A stretch of DNA of 64,000 bases from a virus. Below the pieces are notes generated by a model. That model did no database searches. It had not been told where the DNA came from and worked only from the letters and a program-made list of their open reading frames with translations. Positions 55,838 to 64,000 of this stretch are shown here, piece by piece. Both the position numbers and the translations under genes were made by a program. Each line of letters opens with the position of its first letter. The stretch's first letter is position 1. The DNA lies in IMG/VR virus record IMGVR_UViG_3300025598_000024, positions 1-64,000 of that record. One strand, written 5' to 3'.

Positions 55838-56145
55838 ATGTAATCGTACTCCCAATCATCCATGCTACCCAACCTTACCAGATGCATGCAAGGATCGTCA
55901 CCTCTATCCCAGGCCTGCTCTTCAGTGGGATGCACAGGGTACCCATCGTGTGTGTTGCAGAACTGCTCACTACAGTAGCCGTTCTCCACGCCATAGTTCA
56001 ACCACTGCTCAAAGTCCATCCTGGCATCTCGCTGCTCTTGACAGGTGCAGTACCAGTCAAAGTGAATACGGAATGCCTGTCGCCTGCAGTTCAGGCAGTG
56101 CTTGACGCCTTCGCTGTCTGTGTCTACTTCAGTCTTGTGTACCAT
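55828..56145 (-). CDS. hypothetical Cys/His protein
   Basis: WL.YG..NG.CS...C.THDG.P...DPC; start uncertain. Confidence 0.55.
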   Translation of the reverse strand: MVHKTEVDTDSEGVKHCLNCRRQAFRIHFDWYCTCQEQRDARMDFEQWLNYGVENGYCSEQFCNTHDGYPVHPTEEQAWDRGDDPCMHLVRLGSMDDWEYDYMPL

Positions 56146-56147
56146 TT

Positions 56148-56783
56148 CTACCAACGCCCCGGTTCATAATAGTTAAAAAGAACTGCGATATCATCACAGT
56201 ATATCACGTTCTCTTTGGTTTGATAAGCAATAACCTCATCTATAAATATACCATCACCCGATGGGTGAAGCGGTACCCTGAACTGTTTGAGAATCTTTCC
56301 AGTCAGAAAGATCTGTTCAATACTAACATGATCTCTCCTGGCCGACTCAGGGGTTGCGTTAAGACGTGTCGGAGGGTGAGCGCTCTCTGGTGCATGACCT
56401 TCAGGCAGCCTGTACCCTCTTTCCATTGCTGTGATAATAACGTCAGATGCTTTACCCTGTGACTTGACAAGATTTATTCTGTCTGCTAGGTCTTTGAAAA
56501 ACGTAGGGTCGTATGCATCATCATCATTTAAAAAGCACCAGTACTCATCGTCTTTAACATGATTAGCAATAAACCAATTTAATGACGTGTTGCTACGCGC
56601 CCAAAATTCTGTTGCATCATTGGGGCAACGATACGATATAATCCAGTCCTCATCGAACTGAAGACCAAATCCAAGATCATCATCAACTATTACGTGCCAG
56701 ATAACGTCATGCATACTGAGCATATGTTTTAGAAGAGGTATGTTTTTGAACCTCATCATTGGCGTTACAACATTAAAACGCAT
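56148..56783 (-). CDS. GT-A (GT2-like) glycosyltransferase
   Basis: VVTP..R...W.V..D...FLNDDD...DG.F. Confidence 0.7.
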   Translation of the reverse strand: MRFNVVTPMMRFKNIPLLKHMLSMHDVIWHVIVDDDLGFGLQFDEDWIISYRCPNDATEFWARSNTSLNWFIANHVKDDEYWCFLNDDDAYDPTFFKDLADRINLVKSQGKASDVIITAMERGYRLPEGHAPESAHPPTRLNATPESARRDHVSIEQIFLTGKILKQFRVPLHPSGDGIFIDEVIAYQTKENVIYCDDIAVLFNYYEPGRW

Positions 56784-58003
56784 CAGTGCCCGATGATCTC
56801 AAACTTTGGGCAAGGCACAATAAACTTGCCACCATCCCGCAAGTAATCCTGTTCACGCGCCACAAATTCATTGATGAAGTGCCATGGTAATACCAGCAGG
56901 TAGTCGGGCTTGGCTGCTCGCATCTCTTCTTCACTGTAGATAGGGATCTCAGTGCCTACCGTCTTCAGGCCAAACTTGTAGTGGCTACGCTCAGCGATAC
57001 CATCAATAAGAGTGTGATCTAGACCAAAGTATTGTAGAAGGGTGTTACCCTTGGTGCTTGCACCATAACCCCAGACGGTCTTGCCCTCAGCTTTTGCCTG
57101 CTTGATAAAGCTATAGGTCTGCTCCTTGAGATCCAGCAAACGCTGATAGAACTCGCTCCATACTTCAGGAGTGTTATACCCCTTTGCTTCTTCATACTCT
57201 AGCAATGAGTTGACACGGTAGTTGCACACATCACGGTATGGTTGAGTACCAAAGCGTGTGATATCAGCTCCACTCTTCATGGCATAAACACGGAAAGAAC
57301 CACCGTTGATATCATTCAGCTGAGTATCTATGATCTGAAAACCGTTCTCATTAAACAGTTTCTTTATCGATGCTAGCGAATGATAGTACAGGTGCTCATG
57401 ACAAATATTATCAAAAGCCATCTGCTCAATCATGAGTGGTGTGTAGCTCATCTGCACAACCAGCAGTCCATCATCATTCATGACGCTGGCAAGGTCCTGT
57501 AGAAATACGTCAGGGTGCTCCAGGTCATAAAACATTGCAATGATAGTAACCACGTCAGCCTTGGTGTGACCAAGGGGCGAGTTGCGATATGCTTCAGCAG
57601 AAAAATAATCCTGAATAATCAGATCAGCATGATGTGAGGACTCTGCCTTGAACGTGTCATCTACCGGATCGATACCAATTCGGGTATATCCACCAGGAAC
57701 AAAGCTGAGCAGGGTGCCATCATTACAAGCGATATCTAGCCACACAGGTGATTCAGGCATCTTGTATGTTGAATGAATAGACTCTACAATGCCCTTAAGC
57801 TCATTAGTCATTGTTGCATTAATGCCAGACCGGTACCAGTAGCGACCATACATAAACTCGCCGGGTGTTACTTCTTCCAGCCGTGCAGCCTTACGTTGTT
57901 CATCAAACACCATCTTTAGACCGACGCGACCAGCACGGTAGTCTTCACCAGGCTTGACGAAGTCTGATACGTACAATTCACCTAGGTCGAATAGTTCTTT
58001 CAT
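56783..58003 (-). CDS. NDP-hexose C-methyltransferase
   Basis: LDIACNDGTLL, FDNICHEH, GGS.R, YGASTKGNTLL, LPWHF. Confidence 0.9.
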   Translation of the reverse strand: MKELFDLGELYVSDFVKPGEDYRAGRVGLKMVFDEQRKAARLEEVTPGEFMYGRYWYRSGINATMTNELKGIVESIHSTYKMPESPVWLDIACNDGTLLSFVPGGYTRIGIDPVDDTFKAESSHHADLIIQDYFSAEAYRNSPLGHTKADVVTIIAMFYDLEHPDVFLQDLASVMNDDGLLVVQMSYTPLMIEQMAFDNICHEHLYYHSLASIKKLFNENGFQIIDTQLNDINGGSFRVYAMKSGADITRFGTQPYRDVCNYRVNSLLEYEEAKGYNTPEVWSEFYQRLLDLKEQTYSFIKQAKAEGKTVWGYGASTKGNTLLQYFGLDHTLIDGIAERSHYKFGLKTVGTEIPIYSEEEMRAAKPDYLLVLPWHFINEFVAREQDYLRDGGKFIVPCPKFEIIGH

Positions 58004-58617
58004 ATGTTAACTTCTCCTAATATATCGGTACGAACGTACCAGTCTTCATACGGCTTCTGATAATATAGAGGGTTTGTATCCAGGCATGGTGCATCTTCTA
58101 CAACACGAGTAAACCCATTAGTGGTTAAAAGATCATATAGTTTATTTTTGTTTGTGTCTCCCCAGCAGTACAGATTGTGTTCTACCGTTAATGCTCCGAT
58201 CTTCCAGCGATAGAAGTCAAAGCACTTTAATATATCATACTCATGACCCTCTACGTCAATAGATAAATAGTCAATAAACTCAGGAGCATCATACTGTTCG
58301 AGTACAGTATTCAACATCATGCATGGAACTTCTGATCCATACTCAGAGATAGAATCACTACCAAAACGTATGGTGCCATCATAATCACTTACGGCTGCAA
58401 ACACATTTTGACTGGTTCTATTCCCAACAAGCCTGTCGTAGGCACCACGATTCGCTTCGATACAGATACCAGTCCAACCTAGTTCTTTTTCTAGGAAAGC
58501 TGTGTTGCTGCTCTGCAAACCATCATATGCACCAATGTCTAAGAACGTACCTCTACGTTTTCCATTGAATATCTTATTTACCCATTCATCCTGACCGGAC
58601 TGAGCGTAGTATGTCAT
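58000..58617 (-). CDS. FkbM-family methyltransferase
   Basis: Q.GQD...FLDIGAYDG..SNT...IDYLSIDVEG.E. Confidence 0.9.
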   Translation of the reverse strand: MTYYAQSGQDEWVNKIFNGKRRGTFLDIGAYDGLQSSNTAFLEKELGWTGICIEANRGAYDRLVGNRTSQNVFAAVSDYDGTIRFGSDSISEYGSEVPCMMLNTVLEQYDAPEFIDYLSIDVEGHEYDILKCFDFYRWKIGALTVEHNLYCWGDTNKNKLYDLLTTNGFTRVVEDAPCLDTNPLYYQKPYEDWYVRTDILGEVNI

Positions 58618-59534
58618 AATAGCTCCAGCACTCTGTTAACAGTAGAGCAGACAGACTCATCGCTCCACTCAGATTTTAGCACTTCGTTCACTGTCGTTCC
58701 CTGATTGATGATTGATTCAAGGCTGAAATTATCACAATTAATCTCTGGGAATCTGTTGTTGATATGCCTGAACATGTCAGAACTATTAACAGCAAATGGT
58801 GAAGTTGTCCTTGGCATATAATCAATAACTGATGACAATCCATTGCCAGGAAGTGGATGGTATGTGAATACATTAATATCATTAGCACATAGAAAATCCA
58901 TAAGCTGCTGATCTGTAACGAACTCAGTATTGATGTTTAGCTGAATGCCTGGTTTGATAATCGCAGCACGACAACTATCAATCACTGAAGAAAGCAGGCT
59001 ACCATTAGGATCAATAAATTCTGACCGTGTCATGTGTAAGTTAATAACTGCCTCATCGTACTGGTCTTGCACAAGATTGCATAGATCATTAAAGCCCTTG
59101 TGGTGGAACGCCAGACCAAAGCTACCAATATTTATAATGCTATTCTTTACTCTTCGGTTCTCTAATGTTACATCTGGCATTGGTCTTGGCAGTGCGAACT
59201 GCATGCTCGATTCGTTCGCAGTCATATCAGTCATCAAGAATGCATCATGCTTCAAGTGCACTGGCAGGCCAGCATCATGGTAAACATAGACCTGCTTGGC
59301 ATTGATCTGGTTTGTTAATGTGGTTGTTACCCAGTTAGCAGTAATATTGTTATAGTTATAGATGACCACATCAGGTTGATAAATATTTAATTCTTCAAGA
59401 AAAAAATCTTGCGACTGTGTCTCAATAAGATAGAAACGGTCTTCATCAGAGTTACACAGTATTTCAAAAAGCCTGTTTCCATACTGATATACACCACAAC
59501 CTTTCTGGTAGTGGTTGACTAGCATCACCTTCAT
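58614..59534 (-). CDS. GT-B-like glycosyltransferase
   Basis: CGVYQYG...IGSFG....KGF...D...F.Y. Confidence 0.6.
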   Translation of the reverse strand: MKVMLVNHYQKGCGVYQYGNRLFEILCNSDEDRFYLIETQSQDFFLEELNIYQPDVVIYNYNNITANWVTTTLTNQINAKQVYVYHDAGLPVHLKHDAFLMTDMTANESSMQFALPRPMPDVTLENRRVKNSIINIGSFGLAFHHKGFNDLCNLVQDQYDEAVINLHMTRSEFIDPNGSLLSSVIDSCRAAIIKPGIQLNINTEFVTDQQLMDFLCANDINVFTYHPLPGNGLSSVIDYMPRTTSPFAVNSSDMFRHINNRFPEINCDNFSLESIINQGTTVNEVLKSEWSDESVCSTVNRVLELL

Positions 59535-60298
59535 TACAAACCTTTAATAAGATGTTTTAATATGTGTTGATTATTACGAATGTACTCAGGGTATCTCTCA
59601 TCGATTGGCACAACCTCGAGAACATTGTTTCGACCAAAGATATCGGCATTGTTATTAATATTATCTTCTATACTGTTCAACACACCGTCATGGTTGAACT
59701 CACTATGGGCATAAGAAATGATCTTTTTTCTGACGAGATCTTTACCACCCAAAAATGACCAGTGCCAGCCAGCATCTTGCACCATAATCGGATGATAGTT
59801 AATGATACCCCAATCTCCTCGTAACGACTGCAGGTCTATAGAGTTATAGTTGCTTATGCTTAGAGCTCGAGTGCCTGACCACTGTTCTGTTGTATTCACA
59901 TTGTTTAAATAGTACTGATGCATGGTCTGTTCAAAAGCATAGTAATATTGTGGGTCCCAAAGCTCATCTCTGATAATCTTTAGCTTTACAGGGTCAGGCA
60001 CCTCATCAATATCACTGATCATAACCATATCATCATGGCTGTATTCACTAAGATCAACCTTGTATTGACGTTGATAGTTTTCTCTACCCCAGTTGTCCAG
60101 GCCGTCAGGGAATCTTATTGTAATCAGATGGACACGATCATCAGGGTATGATTGTAAGCATCCCTTATCATCACCCTGGTGAGTCTTATCTGCTTGGATG
60201 ATGTAAAAAGCATCAACGATATCATTCAATATATTAATCCTGAGATCAAGCATCTCAATCTCATTATTGAACATTGCAACATCAATGATCTTTGGCAT
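59534..60298 (-). CDS. GT17-family (beta-1,4-GlcNAc transferase-like)
   Basis: FNNE..ML..R...W.RE..QR...SDIDE.P...GWH.SF...K..SYAH.E. Confidence 0.85.
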   Translation of the reverse strand: MPKIIDVAMFNNEIEMLDLRINILNDIVDAFYIIQADKTHQGDDKGCLQSYPDDRVHLITIRFPDGLDNWGRENYQRQYKVDLSEYSHDDMVMISDIDEVPDPVKLKIIRDELWDPQYYYAFEQTMHQYYLNNVNTTEQWSGTRALSISNYNSIDLQSLRGDWGIINYHPIMVQDAGWHWSFLGGKDLVRKKIISYAHSEFNHDGVLNSIEDNINNNADIFGRNNVLEVVPIDERYPEYIRNNQHILKHLIKGL

Positions 60299-60301
60299 GA
60301 T

Positions 60302-61573
60302 CTATCGCTTTTTAAGCAGGTTAGCAGTCTTTGACTTGTTTGCAGCACGGTTGAATACATCGATCCACTGCTTGCATACCTCTTGCCAGGTGTTATGCTT
60401 GACCCACTTGTATGCATTCTCCGCACGCTGCTTGGCTTGAGCAGGATTGTTCTTGATGAACTCGATTGCATCAGCTGCAGCCTGTACATCCATGAGCGGA
60501 CGCATGCGCTCGTTATCATTCTCCTTGATGATCCAGTGGCTGGGAGTATGTCCACTGGGTACTCGCCAGCCTCTGTCATCGCCCAAGATCTCAGGAACAC
60601 TGGTGTTATCTGGTGCTACTACTGGCAGCTTGGTTGCCATGGCCTCAGTGATTGTAAGGCCCCAACCCTCACCGTGTGTTGTAGTCAAGAAAACATCACT
60701 GGAATTATAGATGCTGTTCAACATCTCTATAGGGAAACCACTGTGCGCACTGAACTGCTGAGGGTTAGGGATTGTGAAGTCCTGCTCGAACTGAACACCA
60801 ATAGACCTTGCCATCTCCAGCACGCTACCGCCAAAGTCTGTCTCCTGCATGTGCATGTAGAAGTAGATATCTTCGTGTCCACGATCCTTTAGCTCCTTTA
60901 AGATCATGAGGGTTCGTGAGATGTCCTTGCGCCCCTGGTTGCGGTTCACGTTTGTAACAATAAACTTGTCCTGAAGCTGTGGTGGGAACACTGTGCTGCG
61001 GGCTGTGCGCTTTTGGACATCATGCAGAACGTAGAAGTCGCTGATGTTGGTGCCATGGTAGATTACATCCTGCTTGTCCGCCAGACTGCCAATGAACTTT
61101 CTGCTCTCTTCCTTGGCATACTCTGTGTATGCGACTGGGAAGTCAAAGGCAGCGACACACTGAGTTACCCACTCTTCCCTGGGAGCACAGTCAAACGGGT
61201 AGTAGAAGATGGTGCTGAACGAATGTTGCTTGGTGCGCTGCAGCTCGAGTAGGTGCTGTACGATTGGTAGCACAATGAATGTATCCTGAACAATGAACAC
61301 AACATCGTAGTCGCCCTGGTTCAACAGGTCCAGGAACACCTGTCGGCCAAACACATCGCCGTATGGTCCCTGAGTGCGTAGTGCACTGATTGCTGGCCAC
61401 AAACGGCCTGGCCACTTGTTTGTGTCATAAGGTCCACCATCATAGTTAACACCAACCACATCGATATCGTACTTGCCCGTAGCGTTAAGGTTGGTCATGA
61501 TGTTACGCATGACCGTACCAAACCCGGTGCCACATGCATAGTCACCCCATGCAAGCACTCGTGTTTTACTCAT
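60302..61573 (-). CDS. GT4-family glycosyltransferase
   Basis: TGFG.V, NRNQ.RK, EGWGLTITEAMA. Confidence 0.9.
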   Translation of the reverse strand: MSKTRVLAWGDYACGTGFGTVMRNIMTNLNATGKYDIDVVGVNYDGGPYDTNKWPGRLWPAISALRTQGPYGDVFGRQVFLDLLNQGDYDVVFIVQDTFIVLPIVQHLLELQRTKQHSFSTIFYYPFDCAPREEWVTQCVAAFDFPVAYTEYAKEESRKFIGSLADKQDVIYHGTNISDFYVLHDVQKRTARSTVFPPQLQDKFIVTNVNRNQGRKDISRTLMILKELKDRGHEDIYFYMHMQETDFGGSVLEMARSIGVQFEQDFTIPNPQQFSAHSGFPIEMLNSIYNSSDVFLTTTHGEGWGLTITEAMATKLPVVAPDNTSVPEILGDDRGWRVPSGHTPSHWIIKENDNERMRPLMDVQAAADAIEFIKNNPAQAKQRAENAYKWVKHNTWQEVCKQWIDVFNRAANKSKTANLLKKR

Positions 61574-62280
61574 AGTTGTCTCCATTCAATCGGGCTAAGG
61601 TCAGGACTATTATATGGTGTTTTGTATAGCTCATTCAAGTTCTTGTTAGCACTACCCCATTTTTGGATGTAGTAGTTACCACTTTTGATTGAGTTGACAG
61701 GCTGTGTCAGCTTCTTGGTTGTCTGGTGTCTGCGGTGAACGTATGGGATCTGTGTCTGCACAGCGTTCAACCCCAGCAGGTGAATACGGTACTTCATGTC
61801 CGTGTCTTCCCACCAGGCTGGATCAAAGTTCTCATCAAAGGCTCCGCACCTATCAAAGAAATCGCTCTTGATGATAAAGCAAGAGTAACTCTGATCTTCG
61901 ATGGCCTGAGTGGTGAACTCTTGACCTTCTACAAACAAAATATCATAGTCATCTGTCAGGTCATCTTTCACATCCACCGGGTACATCATCACAGTGGATC
62001 TATCGACGTGCTTTGTGAACCTGTCAACCAGATCATCTATGGTTTGTGGAGCAAATATAACGTCATCATTGCTCACAATGATATAGTCACAAGAGCCATC
62101 CAGTGCCTGGCGGATGCCATTGTTCCAGGCTGCTGCTAGTGGGACCTGGAACAGATACTGTGGCTGAATATAGATCCTTAGATCATGTCGTGTCTTGGCA
62201 GAGTAGATCAGATCTATCGCCTGATCAAAGTTATTCAGCACTGGTACTACCAGGCCAACGCGCAGTGCTCCGTCAGTCAT
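61570..62280 (-). CDS. GT2-family glycosyltransferase
   Basis: VVPV.N...AWN.G...NDD...G.FDE.F..AW.ED.D. Confidence 0.88.
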   Translation of the reverse strand: MTDGALRVGLVVPVLNNFDQAIDLIYSAKTRHDLRIYIQPQYLFQVPLAAAWNNGIRQALDGSCDYIIVSNDDVIFAPQTIDDLVDRFTKHVDRSTVMMYPVDVKDDLTDDYDILFVEGQEFTTQAIEDQSYSCFIIKSDFFDRCGAFDENFDPAWWEDTDMKYRIHLLGLNAVQTQIPYVHRRHQTTKKLTQPVNSIKSGNYYIQKWGSANKNLNELYKTPYNSPDLSPIEWRQL

Positions 62281-62773
62281 AGTAAAACATATCCTCAAAA
62301 GTTATTTCATCAGGATAGTAATAGTTACTAACCAATTCGCTAGTGTTCATTATAGTTGGTAGCGCCGAACGAGTCAAGGACTGTTGCAACATAGCTTTTT
62401 CTAGCAGGTTCTGACGCTCCAGGAAATCAAAGTTAATTGGCTGAAGTTGTACGCCTGTCTCCTTGCGGATCTTTTCACGCTGTACAGGGTTAGTGCCAGC
62501 CCAGTATCCGTACTCTTCATGCTCAAGCGCATGCTGAAGGCAATCAGGCTTTACCGGGCAAGATAAGCATGCATCAACAACTTGCTGGCATACCTTCTGA
62601 CCACGACCAACATAGAACTTGTCGGTATCAAGATCCTTACAGGCTGACAGATCGTGCCAGTCGTAATCAATGGAGCTGGAAGGGCCTCGGGAGGAGTCTA
62701 GGTCAGACGCCGACTGCAACTCCCGAGGAAGACCAGGCCCTTCGAGGAGGGGGAACCCCTCGTTACTTGGCAC
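62273..62773 (-). CDS. whiB: WhiB family transcription factor (second copy)
   Basis: W...SAC...C.SCPV...CL..AL..E.YG.WAG...QR. Confidence 0.88.
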   Translation of the reverse strand: MPSNEGFPLLEGPGLPRELQSASDLDSSRGPSSSIDYDWHDLSACKDLDTDKFYVGRGQKVCQQVVDACLSCPVKPDCLQHALEHEEYGYWAGTNPVQREKIRKETGVQLQPINFDFLERQNLLEKAMLQQSLTRSALPTIMNTSELVSNYYYPDEITFEDMFYYD

Positions 62774-62981
62774 GGGTCTTACCCATCTTTACATTGCTGC
62801 GCCGGTAATTTTCAGCAGATTTAATCAGGTCAACAATGTACTCTGCGTACTGTCTTGCCTTATGCTCATCATCAGGCTTGTGACCAACAGTGAACTGCAT
62901 GCCTACCAGAGTACTGTGTGTTTGACCACTGGTGATGTACTCCGTGATGTCATCAACGATCTGCTGCTGTGTCTTGTTCAT
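62763..62981 (-). CDS. hypothetical protein
   Basis: AAGGAG RBS. Confidence 0.6.
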   Translation of the reverse strand: MNKTQQQIVDDITEYITSGQTHSTLVGMQFTVGHKPDDEHKARQYAEYIVDLIKSAENYRRSNVKMGKTRAK

Positions 62982-62991
62982 TGCACTCTCC

Positions 62992-64000
62992 TTAGAACAG
63001 TAAACCTTGTGGGGTCATGTCAACTGTATCATCCATGTCTACCAGCTCGTCAACCACCCCACGGATGGCTGCTGCTTCTGCTCTGCGACGCAGCACCTTG
63101 CTGTCAACACGCTCTTCAATGGTATCACTCGCAACTGCACGGTATGTCCAGGTGTGACTGATGCCTTTGCTCTTGCTGTCTGCACGATTGATCCTGTCCT
63201 TGCGCTGCTTGTATTCAGCATAAGTCCTGGGAATCTCAATGTTCCACAGATATGGTGCATACAGGTTAGCACCCTCTTGTAGAACATCACTGGTGATCAG
63301 GATAGCACCACCACGGGTCTCATTAAACGTCTTGATATTTCTGGCAGCTGTTTCAGTATCCATACCAACTCCCCAGATTGCCAGCACCGGGATGTCACCA
63401 CCAAAACGACGCTTGAGCTCTTCATAGTAGGGGAACAGTGTGCCGTTGGTCCAGAAGCTGAACAGCACTGCCTTTTCACCATTCTCGATATAGCTCTCCA
63501 TGCTGTTCTCAATCAACTGGTACTTGGCACTGTGCTGAATATCCAGCTGATCACCAAACTGTGCATGAATCTCTTTGGCAAACTTGCCATCACTGGTCTT
63601 TAGTCCAGCTGTGGTGTTACAGATCATTCTGAGCGTATCAATGCTGGACCAGCTGGCAGCAACGTTATCAGGGTTGTAACGCTCACGTGCAACACGTTCT
63701 GCCCAGTCGTAAATCTCGCGGTCACTATCGCTGAGATCGTAAATAACACGCTTGGCAATGTTTTCTGGGAACTGAGCACGGATTGTTGGATCACTCTTCA
63801 TTGCGATGTGTGTCCAGTCTTCATGCTTTTTACCGAGCAATGGAAGCTTGGCACGATCCCATTCCTTTACGTACATCTCATTAACATAACCATTTCGGTA
63901 ATAGCTGATTTCTTTACCGTAAAAGAGTTTGAAAGCATCTCTTGAGAGGTTACTAACGTCTGGAATACCAGGAGCGATAACTTCAAAAATGTTCCTGATG
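62992..64000 (-). CDS. SNF2-like helicase, C-terminal part (runs off the window)
   Basis: K.VLFS, EG.NL, QR..RI.R, TIEERV; frame open to the window edge. Confidence 0.85.
   Translation of the reverse strand, partial: IRNIFEVIAPGIPDVSNLSRDAFKLFYGKEISYYRNGYVNEMYVKEWDRAKLPLLGKKHEDWTHIAMKSDPTIRAQFPENIAKRVIYDLSDSDREIYDWAERVARERYNPDNVAASWSSIDTLRMICNTTAGLKTSDGKFAKEIHAQFGDQLDIQHSAKYQLIENSMESYIENGEKAVLFSFWTNGTLFPYYEELKRRFGGDIPVLAIWGVGMDTETAARNIKTFNETRGGAILITSDVLQEGANLYAPYLWNIEIPRTYAEYKQRKDRINRADSKSKGISHTWTYRAVASDTIEERVDSKVLRRRAEAAAIRGVVDELVDMDDTVDMTPQGLLF

Noticed and set aside
1-64000. Alternative genetic code or stop-codon recoding
   Set aside because: Core genes are full length in code 11, all three stops are used, and no suppressor tRNA was found

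Overview
64 kb internal segment of a large tailed dsDNA phage, most likely infecting Actinobacteria (two WhiB genes, an Rpf-like transglycosylase, a short-arm tRNA-Leu(UAA), DnaE-type polymerase). About 1-14.9 kb (+ strand) is an early/accessory arm of small ORFs with a MoxR-AAA/vWA pair, a pentapeptide protein and a structured ~490-nt intergenic region. About 14.9-64 kb is on the - strand. It carries a terminase large subunit with a LAGLIDADG intein, flanked by unusual genes (amidase, GNAT-like, DEDDh exonuclease, WYL, GreA-like), several of which share an N-terminal M-x-[WF]-x-x-R-Y/KTA motif. It then carries a replication/recombination module (RecA, DnaE, SSB, primase, DnaB, DnaC-like, resolvase, Cas4-like, UvsE), thyX, a tRNA cluster and a glycosyltransferase/methyltransferase cluster. 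The most striking structure is in the tRNA region. One tRNA-Leu gene is split at its anticodon arm by a cassette carrying an intact tRNA-Leu plus an HNH nuclease. A second tRNA is truncated by an endonuclease VII gene followed by an atypical tRNA-Lys. A glycosyltransferase gene sits between 69-bp tRNA-Val direct repeats. All functional calls come from motif recognition by eye; no searches were run.
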